From positions 1 through 26,496 of the forward strand of contig JALSMD010000005.1 of the NCBI GenBank assembly GCA_026987855.1: a DNA stretch of 26,496 nt. Direction: 5' to 3'. Below, in pieces: positions 6,260-15,282 of the stretch. This DNA is from Candidatus Falkowbacteria bacterium (lineage in GTDB: Bacteria > Patescibacteriota > Patescibacteriia > Patescibacteriales > JALSMD01). The notes beneath the pieces were generated by a model. The model searched no databases. It saw nothing but the letters and a program-made list of their open reading frames with translations, and was not told the origin of the DNA. Made by a program: the position numbers and the translations under genes. The first letter of the stretch is position 1, and each line of letters opens with the position of its first letter.

Positions 6260-7648
6260 TTAAAATTCTGGTGGCTCTTCTAGCCCGCTGCGATCCAAAT
6301 TTTTAAAACTAACAGTTCCTTCATCAAAAAACAATTCAACTTTACCTGTGGGTCCATTTCTATGTTTAGCTATATAAATCTCTGCTAAATTTCTTTCATA
6401 CTCACTTAAATCTTCTTTATTATATCCTCTATCAGCAGCTTTACGATAAATAAACATAACCACATCGGCGTCTTGCTCAATAGAACCAGATTCACGTAAA
6501 TGCGATAATTTGGGGATTGCTGGCTTGCTTTGTTCAACATTACGTGATAACTGCGACAAAGCAATTAAAGGGATATTTAACTCGCGCGCCAAACCCTTTA
6601 AGCCTCTAGTAATTTCGGCTATTTCTTGAACACGATTATCTCCATACTTACCCCTCCCTTCCATCAATTGTAAATAGTCAATGATTATCAAATCCAAACC
6701 CCTCTCCATTTGTAAGCGGCGGGCTTTAGTTCTAATTTCCATTACCGAGGCATTGGGAGTATCATCTATATAAATATTAGATTCTGAAAGCCGTCCCATG
6801 GCTTCTCCTATGCGAGAAAAATCATTGTCTTCTTCTTTATCTGACAATCTTCCTGTTCTCATCTTCCAAAGACTAACGTTAGCTTGAGCACACAAAATTC
6901 TATCTACCAACTGTTCTTTGCTCATCTCTAAAGAAAAAATGCCAACACTTTTTCTGGTCTTAATAGCTGTCTGTCTAGCAATATCCAAAGCTAAAGAGGT
7001 TTTACCCACGCTAGGACGTGCTGCTAAAATTATTAAATCTGACTTTTGTAAGCCTCCTAAAATATTATCTAGATCTACAAAGCCAGTCGGCAATCCTCTT
7101 AATTGGCCACTCTGTTTATGTAATTCGTCAATACGTTCGAACGCTTCTGTTAATAAATGGTCAATTGGCAAAAAAATATTTTTTAAATATTTTTGTGATA
7201 CGCTAAACAATTTTTGTTCAGCTTTATCTAAAATATTATCTACATCCTCATCTTCTTTATATCCTAGCTCTACTATTTCGTTAGCGGCGTTAATTAAACG
7301 GCGGTAGGTAGCTTTACGTTTTACAATGTGAGCGGCCTGGACTACTTGAGAAGAAGTAGCTACCATATTAGACAGAGAAGCCAAATAAGTTCTGCCGCCA
7401 ATTTTGTCCAATAGTTTCTTCTCTTTTAAACGATTGGTTAAACACAAAATATCAATTGGTTCATGTTTGGCATACAATTCTTTCATTATCTCATAGATAA
7501 TTCTGTGAGCGTCTTTATAAAAATCATCTTCATTGATAATATCTGCTATTTTGATAATAGCGTTTTTGTCAATCAATAGACTACCTAGCAATATTTGTTC
7601 TGCTTCAATATTTTGCGGCGGAATTTTTTCTTTTATTTCTTCTGTCAT
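6260..7648 (-). CDS. dnaB: Replicative DNA helicase
   Basis: PPQNIEAEQ, Walker A AARPSVGKT, FSLEM, IDYLQL, SQLSR, LRESGSIEQDAD, KHRNG; no intein. Confidence 0.98.
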   Translation of the reverse strand: MTEEIKEKIPPQNIEAEQILLGSLLIDKNAIIKIADIINEDDFYKDAHRIIYEIMKELYAKHEPIDILCLTNRLKEKKLLDKIGGRTYLASLSNMVATSSQVVQAAHIVKRKATYRRLINAANEIVELGYKEDEDVDNILDKAEQKLFSVSQKYLKNIFLPIDHLLTEAFERIDELHKQSGQLRGLPTGFVDLDNILGGLQKSDLIILAARPSVGKTSLALDIARQTAIKTRKSVGIFSLEMSKEQLVDRILCAQANVSLWKMRTGRLSDKEEDNDFSRIGEAMGRLSESNIYIDDTPNASVMEIRTKARRLQMERGLDLIIIDYLQLMEGRGKYGDNRVQEIAEITRGLKGLARELNIPLIALSQLSRNVEQSKPAIPKLSHLRESGSIEQDADVVMFIYRKAADRGYNKEDLSEYERNLAEIYIAKHRNGPTGKVELFFDEGTVSFKNLDRSGLEEPPEF

Positions 7649-7654
7649 ACTTTT

Positions 7655-7683
7655 ATATTAATCTAGTTAAATAAAAAAATCAA
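7655..7683 (-). promoter_or_regulatory. Candidate dnaB promoter giving a leaderless transcript
   Basis: TTGATT-N17-TAATAT, with the -10 hexamer ending 6 nt before the ATG. Confidence 0.5.
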
Positions 7684-7715
7684 GAAAAATTTATTAACTT
7701 TTCATTAACTATTTA

Positions 7716-7753
7716 TACACAAAAAGCCCCCATAAAAAGGGACTTTTTGTGTA
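7716..7753 (-). terminator. Rho-independent terminator after 7777..9552
   Basis: TACACAAAAAG-C-CCC / GGG-A-CTTTTTGTGTA; the single mismatch becomes a G-U pair on the minus strand. Confidence 0.8.
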
Positions 7754-7776
7754 TTATTTTTTTCTTATATCTCTTT

Positions 7777-9552
7777 TTAATTAGTGTTTTCTACACTATT
7801 TTCTTCTGTAGAAGTAGCACTGTTACTTTCTTCTGTGTTCTCATTAGTCTCTTCCTCTACCACTATTTCTTCTTCTGTGTCAGTAGTCGTATCTTTATCA
7901 TCAACAACTATTTCGCTTACAAGCTCATTAATATCATCTAAAGGAGTGTCTAAAGAATCTTCAATTTCAGGCAATGAGCTAACTACTACAATTTTATCGG
8001 CAATAATAATTTTTTCATTTTCCTCTTCTCTCATTATTCCTCTAACTCTTACTTTATCTCCTATTTTAATGTCACTTAAAGAAGCCTCGTTATTTACCCC
8101 TACTATAATCTTTGTATCATCAGTAATTTTTACTTTAACCGTCACTGTTTCTCCTCTTCGGATTAGGTCTCCTAACTTTATTCCCGCATGTCTAATACGT
8201 TCAATCTTTACTTTTTTATTTCTAATTCTACGAATAAATTTACCAACTTTATCCGGCGCTAAATTTCTGATCCTTTCTTGTAAAGTATTTCTAAGTTGTA
8301 TTGACTGAAAATGATTTTTAATTCTAGATTTAATTCTAGCTAACACTGAATTATTAGCAACACTTCCTGTTGTTGTACCCAACAACTGAGCATTAACTGC
8401 GCAATTAGAACATTCTTGTAATTTCTGTTTTAGTTGTTTGCGCATTATATGTCTGATTGGGGTCCAATCTACTAATAAATAATTTTCTTCTGAGTTTATC
8501 TCTTTTACAATGCCGGGATATCCTCTTAAAGTCGTTTTCCAAACAGAATTATTTTTTATTACCTTAGCATCAACAGTGCCGTCGTCATTAACGCGTCCCA
8601 CGATCATCAACTCGTCGCCAATAGCAAATTCATCAAGAGTGGTTATGCCAAAATATTTTCTTACCAATCTTGTATCTTCGGTAACATTAACTGTCACTAA
8701 TGTGCCCTCTGTTCCTATTAAGTTATTAACATCGTTTGCTCTTAATCCTGGGGTTTTTTCAATTTTTACTTGGATGGTTGTAGGAATAACAGTGCTATCC
8801 ATTCGTACTAAAGTAGCGCGTGGAGTAAAAGTTCTAATTTTCATAAATAAATTTTTGCCTCTTCTCAAAACTACCACAATTTTAGCTAAAGGCAATTCAC
8901 CCTCTCTAACCAGTAAACGAGCTCTAATTCTATCGTTAATTTGCAAATCATCTACGCTAGCTGGATTTTTTAAACCAGCAACAAAATGTGTGTTTTCATC
9001 GTATTTAAAAGTATGTTCTTGATTCATCCATTGATAAGTAATTTCTTGTTTTTCTTTGTCAATTTTAGTAATCCAACCATTAGCGCCTAAATTGCTGCGC
9101 AAAGAAATAGAAAGATTAATCAAAATGGTTGCTTCAATGTTTCCTGTGTTCTCGTTTTTTACGCCAATTACTCTGATTTGATCCCCTGGTATCCAATCAG
9201 ATAATTTTGTTTCTTGTCCTCTTCTTTGGCCTAAAATAGTATCATTGCTTACACTAACTGTATAATCATGTTGAGTAGCATTGTCCCTAATAATTAAGTT
9301 TGTAGGAATATCTGTTGATCCTACCTCAATCAACATGCCAGCAAAATTAACCTCATTAGTAGCCTCATATAATTTTGATTCGTCGTTAACATCTACGCAA
9401 GCAAAATTATAAGACACATCTACACCTGCTGCTTCAGCCGCTTCCACAGAGTCATAGGTGTTACCATCAATTCCGCAGACAGCAGCCTGAACAGACAGGG
9501 CAGATAAGGAGATAACTAAAACCATTAAAACAAATATGGCTTTTTTAAACAT
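7777..9552 (-). CDS. Secreted multidomain protein: Kazal-like remnant, four DUF5666-like beta repeats, acidic tail (591 aa)
   Basis: Signal peptide ending VQA; VCGIDGNTY...AGV...C; four repeats of pattern (V/Y)xx(D/N)T...L(S/D)D/E..(I/P)GD.(I/V)(R/M)(V/I).G; D/E/T-rich C-terminus. Domain names assigned by eye. Confidence 0.8.
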   Translation of the reverse strand: MFKKAIFVLMVLVISLSALSVQAAVCGIDGNTYDSVEAAEAAGVDVSYNFACVDVNDESKLYEATNEVNFAGMLIEVGSTDIPTNLIIRDNATQHDYTVSVSNDTILGQRRGQETKLSDWIPGDQIRVIGVKNENTGNIEATILINLSISLRSNLGANGWITKIDKEKQEITYQWMNQEHTFKYDENTHFVAGLKNPASVDDLQINDRIRARLLVREGELPLAKIVVVLRRGKNLFMKIRTFTPRATLVRMDSTVIPTTIQVKIEKTPGLRANDVNNLIGTEGTLVTVNVTEDTRLVRKYFGITTLDEFAIGDELMIVGRVNDDGTVDAKVIKNNSVWKTTLRGYPGIVKEINSEENYLLVDWTPIRHIMRKQLKQKLQECSNCAVNAQLLGTTTGSVANNSVLARIKSRIKNHFQSIQLRNTLQERIRNLAPDKVGKFIRRIRNKKVKIERIRHAGIKLGDLIRRGETVTVKVKITDDTKIIVGVNNEASLSDIKIGDKVRVRGIMREEENEKIIIADKIVVVSSLPEIEDSLDTPLDDINELVSEIVVDDKDTTTDTEEEIVVEEETNENTEESNSATSTEENSVENTN

Positions 9553-9584
9553 ATTTTTGGTTTTTAATAATTAATTAATAATAA

Positions 9585-12077
9585 TTAGTATAATCCCTTA
9601 AATTGCTGTTCAACCATTGCTTTTGATTGGGGATCTTGTAACACATTTAACAATCTTTTAACCATAGACTTGGCTTTTTCTGTCTTGCCTGTTTTTTGGT
9701 AAAGCAGAGCTAAACTATATAAAGAATTAGCATGATTTTTGTTATGAGAAAGAATTCCTAAGAAAATTTGCTCCGCTCTGCGTAAATCATCATTAAATTC
9801 TATTTGACCACTTTTTATTTTGTTTGGTTTAACACTTAATTCTTCGTTGACAACTTCTTCCCCGTTAGCATTAGCCGCAGCCTCAATTTCATTTTCTGTT
9901 ATCTTTTTAGTTGCATCTTGCTCTATACTAGATTGAGAAACCCCCCTATTAAAATAAAGTCTACCTAATTCAAAAAAATAATCTAAATTATTACTTGAAA
10001 AAACAGTAGCATTTTTTAGTTCATCAATTGCTTTATTAAGATCATTCAATTTTTCATAAGCAATTGCCTTACCATAATAGGCTGAAGCTAAATCGTTCTT
10101 TTTCTCAAGAGCCTCATCATATTTTTTAATAGCTTCTTTAATATAATACTCTTTTTCAGAAGCATCTTGTTCTGAATTGGCTCTAGCCATATTAATGAGA
10201 GCTATCCTTAAATAAGGAGTAGGATTATTAGGATCTAATTCAATTTCTTTATTATAATATTTTTCTGCCCACTCTAAAGCTCCCCTAGTATAAAAAGAGG
10301 CGTTTTCATAAATTAAACCAAGAGCTTCATTGTTTTTTGCTTTATTAGGGGAAATTTCTACTGCCTTTTTGCCATTTTCAATTGCTAAGCCTAAATTATT
10401 CTGTACGGCGGTTTGATCTTTATTGCTAATTGCCGCCTTGTTAGCTAAAGCCATATAATTGTTGGCTAGATCAATATAATAATTATCCTGATAAGATGCC
10501 AGCTGTACTGCTTTATTTAAATTTTCAATTTTCTTATTAATATTATCAATATCTAGTGCTTCTTTAACATAAACATCAGCCAAATAAAGCTTTAATCCCA
10601 TAGTAAATAAAATAACTACGCCAGCACTAACACACAAAAAAATAGCAGCCAAAGCCAAAGCATATTTAGGGGAAGTCCTAAAAGACAAAGTAAGGGTTTC
10701 AAATCTTTCTGGATAAGAAATAATACCGACTACTACAGTTAAAATAGCTAATAAAACATACATTAAAATTAAGGAGTTGCTAAAAGAAAATAAGAAAGAC
10801 AAAATTACTGCAGCTGCTGATCCAGCAAACAAGGCAAGCGCAATAGAATGAATTTCTTTCTTGTCGGTTTTAATAAGAGAGAGGAAACTGATGGAAGCGC
10901 CTACTAACAAAAGGACGACAAAAGCTAGAGTTCCTAAAATTCCCACTGTTGCTAAAAGTTCATAAAGAATGCCTGATGCGCTGTCAAAACGAACATTCCA
11001 TAATGGAGATAAATTAAAATCTAAACTTTTGTACTTGGAAAAATCATAATAAAAAGTAGACGGGCCTGAACCAAAGAATGGATCATGTTTAATGCTTTCT
11101 TTAGCAATATTCCAAGATGCCTTCCTAGAAAGACTAACCTCAGCAGGTAAATTTAAATTAGTTATATTAAAATTACCTAAAACCAATAATACGATAAGCA
11201 ACAAAAAAGAGGCAATTGGGATTACTAAATTATTGCTGCTAATTTTGATAACCTTAGATAAGAAAAACATTAAAATTATTACAGCGCTAACAATAGCGGC
11301 TGGCCAAAAAGTAAATCCATTTAATAAGGCTAAGACCACAAAACCAGCAATAGCAGCTATGCCTAATAATATTTTCAAAATAATGGCAAAGCCTTTGCTA
11401 AGGCGGGGATGAATTTCTTTAATCTGCGCAATAGCGACAATTAACAAAGGCAAGGTAATTAAAATAAACATTGTCAAAGAAGAAAGTGAACCTAAAGGGT
11501 TAAAACTAATGCTCTTAGTAAAAACAAAAGGTAATACAAAAATCTTTTTAAGTTGCAATAAAGTAAAAATATAAATAATAGCGCTTGAAAAAGTAAAACA
11601 CCAGAAAGCAATTTTAATCTTTTTGCTATTTAAGTTATTAACTGCTAAATAATAAAACAAAGTAAAAAGATATAAAGCAGCTATACCCTTAGCAGAACTT
11701 CCATAAACTCCGATAATGCTGTCTTTAGTGTCAATAGACAAAAAAGCCGATAAAGTAAAAACAGCCAATAAAATTAAAATTGGCATATCCAAAGGAGTTT
11801 TTTTGAGTCTTAATTCTCCAACAACAACCCCCTTGGTAACCCAAGCTACCACGCCGACTAACACTAAGAAGAAAAATAAAATCATTTTCTCGAAACCAAG
11901 CCCCTGAACAACTAAACCAGTAAAAAATGGGGGGACCAATAAAAACACTAAATAGATAGACAAACTTATAATAATATCAAGCCCTTTTGTAGAAATTTTT
12001 TTCGTTAGATTATGTTTTGATTTGCTTTGATTCAGTGATTTTTGAGGACTTGCTAAGTTCTCTTTTTCTTCCATCAT
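9585..12077 (-). CDS. Polytopic O-antigen-ligase-like (Wzy_C-type) membrane protein with C-terminal TPR repeats (830 aa)
   Basis: About a dozen hydrophobic segments, loop FFGSGPSTF...RFDSASG...TVGILG, TPR-like helices (AVEISPNKAKNNEALG, ELDPNNPTPYLRIA, YGKAIAYEKL). Confidence 0.8.
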   Translation of the reverse strand: MMEEKENLASPQKSLNQSKSKHNLTKKISTKGLDIIISLSIYLVFLLVPPFFTGLVVQGLGFEKMILFFFLVLVGVVAWVTKGVVVGELRLKKTPLDMPILILLAVFTLSAFLSIDTKDSIIGVYGSSAKGIAALYLFTLFYYLAVNNLNSKKIKIAFWCFTFSSAIIYIFTLLQLKKIFVLPFVFTKSISFNPLGSLSSLTMFILITLPLLIVAIAQIKEIHPRLSKGFAIILKILLGIAAIAGFVVLALLNGFTFWPAAIVSAVIILMFFLSKVIKISSNNLVIPIASFLLLIVLLVLGNFNITNLNLPAEVSLSRKASWNIAKESIKHDPFFGSGPSTFYYDFSKYKSLDFNLSPLWNVRFDSASGILYELLATVGILGTLAFVVLLLVGASISFLSLIKTDKKEIHSIALALFAGSAAAVILSFLFSFSNSLILMYVLLAILTVVVGIISYPERFETLTLSFRTSPKYALALAAIFLCVSAGVVILFTMGLKLYLADVYVKEALDIDNINKKIENLNKAVQLASYQDNYYIDLANNYMALANKAAISNKDQTAVQNNLGLAIENGKKAVEISPNKAKNNEALGLIYENASFYTRGALEWAEKYYNKEIELDPNNPTPYLRIALINMARANSEQDASEKEYYIKEAIKKYDEALEKKNDLASAYYGKAIAYEKLNDLNKAIDELKNATVFSSNNLDYFFELGRLYFNRGVSQSSIEQDATKKITENEIEAAANANGEEVVNEELSVKPNKIKSGQIEFNDDLRRAEQIFLGILSHNKNHANSLYSLALLYQKTGKTEKAKSMVKRLLNVLQDPQSKAMVEQQFKGLY

Positions 12078-12125
12078 AAATTTATTACTTTAATTTTTAT
12101 TTATAATTAAACACAATTTATTAGT

Positions 12126-12154
12126 ATTTTATCAAAAATACAAAAAAATGTCTA
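12126..12154 (-). promoter_or_regulatory. Sigma70-type promoter for 9585..12077 and 7777..9552
   Basis: TAGACA-N17-TAAAAT with an extended -10 (TGa). Confidence 0.6.
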
Positions 12155-12163
12155 TATACAAAT

Positions 12164-13315
12164 TTATCGTAAGTTTTCCCATAATTCAAGATATTCTTTA
12201 GCAGTTTTTTCCCATGAATATTTTTTCGCTTGTTTTAAACCTCTTTTAACAAATTCTTGCCGCAAACATTGGTTGGTTCCCAAGATAAAAATCGCCTGAG
12301 CTAAATCTTTAATATTGTGGGGGTCAACTAAAATAGCCGCTTTATTTAAAATTTCTGGCAAACTAGCGTAAGCGCTAGCAACAACTGGTGTACCGCAGGC
12401 CATCGCCTCCAAAGGCGGAAAACCAAACCCTTCATAAAAAGAAGGAAAAACAAATAAATTAGCTAAATTATATAAAAAAGGCTTATCTCTTTCGGAGACA
12501 TACCCTAAAAACTTTATTTTATCTTGATAGAAAGATTTTTTATAAATTTTGAAAATATTTTTATATTTCCAAGCAGGAGCGCCAGCAATAACCAAAGAGA
12601 AATTAAATTGTTTATTTTTCCATAGATATTCACAAGCTTTTATTAAACTAATAATATTTTTGCGTGGCTCCAAATTTCCTAAAAATAAAATAAACTTATC
12701 TGGCAATTTGTATTTATTTTTTATTTTATTTTTTTCTTGCTGGTTGTTGGCAAAAAAATATTTATCATCTAATCCTGAATAAATAACTTTTATTTTCGTA
12801 GGAGAAATATTTAATAGCTCTATTATATCTCTTTTAGTATTTTCGCTGATAGCGACCACTATATCAAAATTTTTAATCATCTTTTGTATATTCAAAGATC
12901 GGTGCCAAAAATTTTTTCGTTTTGAAAAAAATTCAGGAAAACGCAAAAAAGATAAATCATGAATAGTAATTACGCTTTTACATTTACGAGACAAGCTAAT
13001 AAAATTAATGTGCGGCGCCCAAAAAATATCAAGAGGGGCATTTATCTTTTTTTCTAAAATTCTATCAATTTTAGGCCAAGAAAAATTTTTAATCAGAACA
13101 TAGTTTAAAAGTTTGTTTGGATAACGTTGAATTACGTTTTGATAACAATTGCTCTTAAAATCTGGTAGTGATCTTTTTTTAAAAAAATTATAAAAAAGAA
13201 TGTATTTATACTCCGGCCTTACTTTAAAAAAATTTTTAATTAAATTATAAGCATATCCAGATACACCACTATACCTTTTGTCCATTAACACTCTAGCGTC
13301 TATGCCTACACGCAT
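12164..13315 (-). CDS. Glycosyltransferase family 4 (GT-B)
   Basis: MRVGIDAR, VITIHDL, FLGNLEPRKN, FVFPSFYEGFGFPPLEAMACGTPVV (EX7E motif). Confidence 0.93.
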   Translation of the reverse strand: MRVGIDARVLMDKRYSGVSGYAYNLIKNFFKVRPEYKYILFYNFFKKRSLPDFKSNCYQNVIQRYPNKLLNYVLIKNFSWPKIDRILEKKINAPLDIFWAPHINFISLSRKCKSVITIHDLSFLRFPEFFSKRKNFWHRSLNIQKMIKNFDIVVAISENTKRDIIELLNISPTKIKVIYSGLDDKYFFANNQQEKNKIKNKYKLPDKFILFLGNLEPRKNIISLIKACEYLWKNKQFNFSLVIAGAPAWKYKNIFKIYKKSFYQDKIKFLGYVSERDKPFLYNLANLFVFPSFYEGFGFPPLEAMACGTPVVASAYASLPEILNKAAILVDPHNIKDLAQAIFILGTNQCLRQEFVKRGLKQAKKYSWEKTAKEYLELWENLR

Positions 13316-13316
13316 A

Positions 13317-14453
13317 TTAAATATTTAAAAAATTATTATACTCTTTTTGGATAAAATGTTTAACCTCTTTTTTAAAGCGATCTAAAGAAAATTTTTTAGC
13401 ATGGTCTCTAATTAGATGGGGATCAAAATTGCTGGCATCAAAACGATAAATAATTTTCACAATATCTTCTACGCTCTGTTTGTCAAAAAACATTCCGCTT
13501 ACCCCTTCTGCCACTGTTTCAGTTGCTCCTCCACGGCGATAAGCAATAACTGGCCGCCCTGATGCCATTGCTTCTACTGCCGTAATGCCAAAATCTTCAT
13601 CTTGAGGATTAAGAAAAGCAAGGCAACGGCTATATAATTCCTGCTTTTCCTTATCCGATACACGGCCCAAAAATTCAATATTTTTACTATTGCCAGCTAT
13701 TTCGCGTAGACGTTTTATGTCTACTCCATCACCAAAAATTTTTAATTTTAATCCTAATTTTTTAAAAGCTTTTATCACAATATCTACCCTTTTATATGGA
13801 GACAAACGCCCACCAATCAAAAAATAATCATCTTGTTTTTCGCTGATGTAAAATTTATCCACTTCAACAGGCGGATAAATTACAGTAGAGTTTCTACGAT
13901 AATATTTTTTAATTCTCTTTTGAACAGTTTTTGAATTGGCAATAAAAATATCAACCCTATCAGCAGCTGCTCTGTCCCAAACCCTAATCCTGCTTAATAC
14001 CAGAGAAATAACTTTTTTAAAATACTTATTATATTTAAGTTCATTAATATACTGATGTGTATAATCCCATAAATACCTTGTTGGCGTATGGCAATAACAA
14101 ATATGCAAAGTTTCCGTAGGCGTAATAACTCCTTTGGCAAAGGCGCTAGCGTCAGATAAGACCAAATCATATTTTGTCAGATCAAAAAATTCTACTGCGA
14201 GAGGCATAAGAGGCATATACCATTGATAATATTTTACTCCACCGGGAAGCCTCTGAATAATTGAGGTCTTAATTTGATGTCCAGAAAAATTTTTAACATT
14301 ATCTTTCTCATAAAGCAGTGTATAAATAGTTGCTTTAGGAAAAATCTCAGCAAAAGCCTTCAAAACTTTTTCAGCGCCTCCGTCTTGCGCCAAATGATCA
14401 TGAATTAAGGCTATGCGTAAATCTTCTATTTTCTTATTTGTTGTTCCGTTCAT
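13317..14453 (-). CDS. Glycosyltransferase family 4 (WbaZ-like)
   Basis: IALIHDHL..DGGAEKV, YCHTPTRYLW, GRLSPYKRVD, EDFGITAVEAMASGRPVIA. Confidence 0.93.
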   Translation of the reverse strand: MNGTTNKKIEDLRIALIHDHLAQDGGAEKVLKAFAEIFPKATIYTLLYEKDNVKNFSGHQIKTSIIQRLPGGVKYYQWYMPLMPLAVEFFDLTKYDLVLSDASAFAKGVITPTETLHICYCHTPTRYLWDYTHQYINELKYNKYFKKVISLVLSRIRVWDRAAADRVDIFIANSKTVQKRIKKYYRRNSTVIYPPVEVDKFYISEKQDDYFLIGGRLSPYKRVDIVIKAFKKLGLKLKIFGDGVDIKRLREIAGNSKNIEFLGRVSDKEKQELYSRCLAFLNPQDEDFGITAVEAMASGRPVIAYRRGGATETVAEGVSGMFFDKQSVEDIVKIIYRFDASNFDPHLIRDHAKKFSLDRFKKEVKHFIQKEYNNFLNI

Positions 14454-15258
14454 ATTTTCTTAGTCCCCATTTCTTTAAGTATTTTAACCAAGAAATAACA
14501 TGCTCTCTGCTAGCTTTATTAAGAAAAAATTTATACCATCTTTGTTTTGCGCTCTGTCTTTGATGATTGTGAATAATAGTAGCTTCTGGATAATATACTA
14601 CTTTCCATCCTGACTGCCAAAAACGACGACAAAGGTCAGTGTCCTCAAAATAAAGAAAAAACCTTTCATCAAAAAATCCAACTTCTTTTAAAGCTTTGGC
14701 GCGACAAAATAAAAAAGAACCCAAAAGCCAATCTACTTCTTTAGTGGAATTATGATCAAAGTCTTTCATTAGAAAACGATCTAAATCCTTCTGAGCAATC
14801 TTTAGTCTGCCTAAAGGAGTACGACGATATAAAGGAGTTAACAAACCATACCAGCGATAACAAGAGTTTTGCACTGTCATATCTGTATTATATTGTTTTG
14901 GACCAACAACTCCCACTTCTGAATTTTCTTCCATAAATTGATATAATTTGATAAAAGTATCTTCAAAAACTACTGTATCTGGGTTCATAATAACAATATA
15001 ATTACCTTTCGCCCTTTTAATGCCCACATTATTTCCTGCGCCCATCCCAACATTACGATTATTTTGGATAAAAATAACCTCTGGATATTTCGTTGCTAAT
15101 TCTTCGCCAATATTATCTCCTGAATCATTATCAACCACAATTATTTCATACTTTAATTCTTTTTCACCAAAAACAAAATTTGCCTTATAAATAGAGGCTA
15201 AACATTCAAAAGCTAATTCTTTGCTTTTATAATTTAAAATAATAAAGCTCAAATCCAT
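14434..15258 (-). CDS. Glycosyltransferase family 2
   Basis: SFIILNY, VVDNDSGD, NVGMGAGNN, MNPDT, FFLYFEDTDLCRR. Confidence 0.93.
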   Translation of the reverse strand: MDLSFIILNYKSKELAFECLASIYKANFVFGEKELKYEIIVVDNDSGDNIGEELATKYPEVIFIQNNRNVGMGAGNNVGIKRAKGNYIVIMNPDTVVFEDTFIKLYQFMEENSEVGVVGPKQYNTDMTVQNSCYRWYGLLTPLYRRTPLGRLKIAQKDLDRFLMKDFDHNSTKEVDWLLGSFLFCRAKALKEVGFFDERFFLYFEDTDLCRRFWQSGWKVVYYPEATIIHNHQRQSAKQRWYKFFLNKASREHVISWLKYLKKWGLRKYERNNK

Positions 15259-15282
15259 AATTTTGGGCTAATAATTATATAT

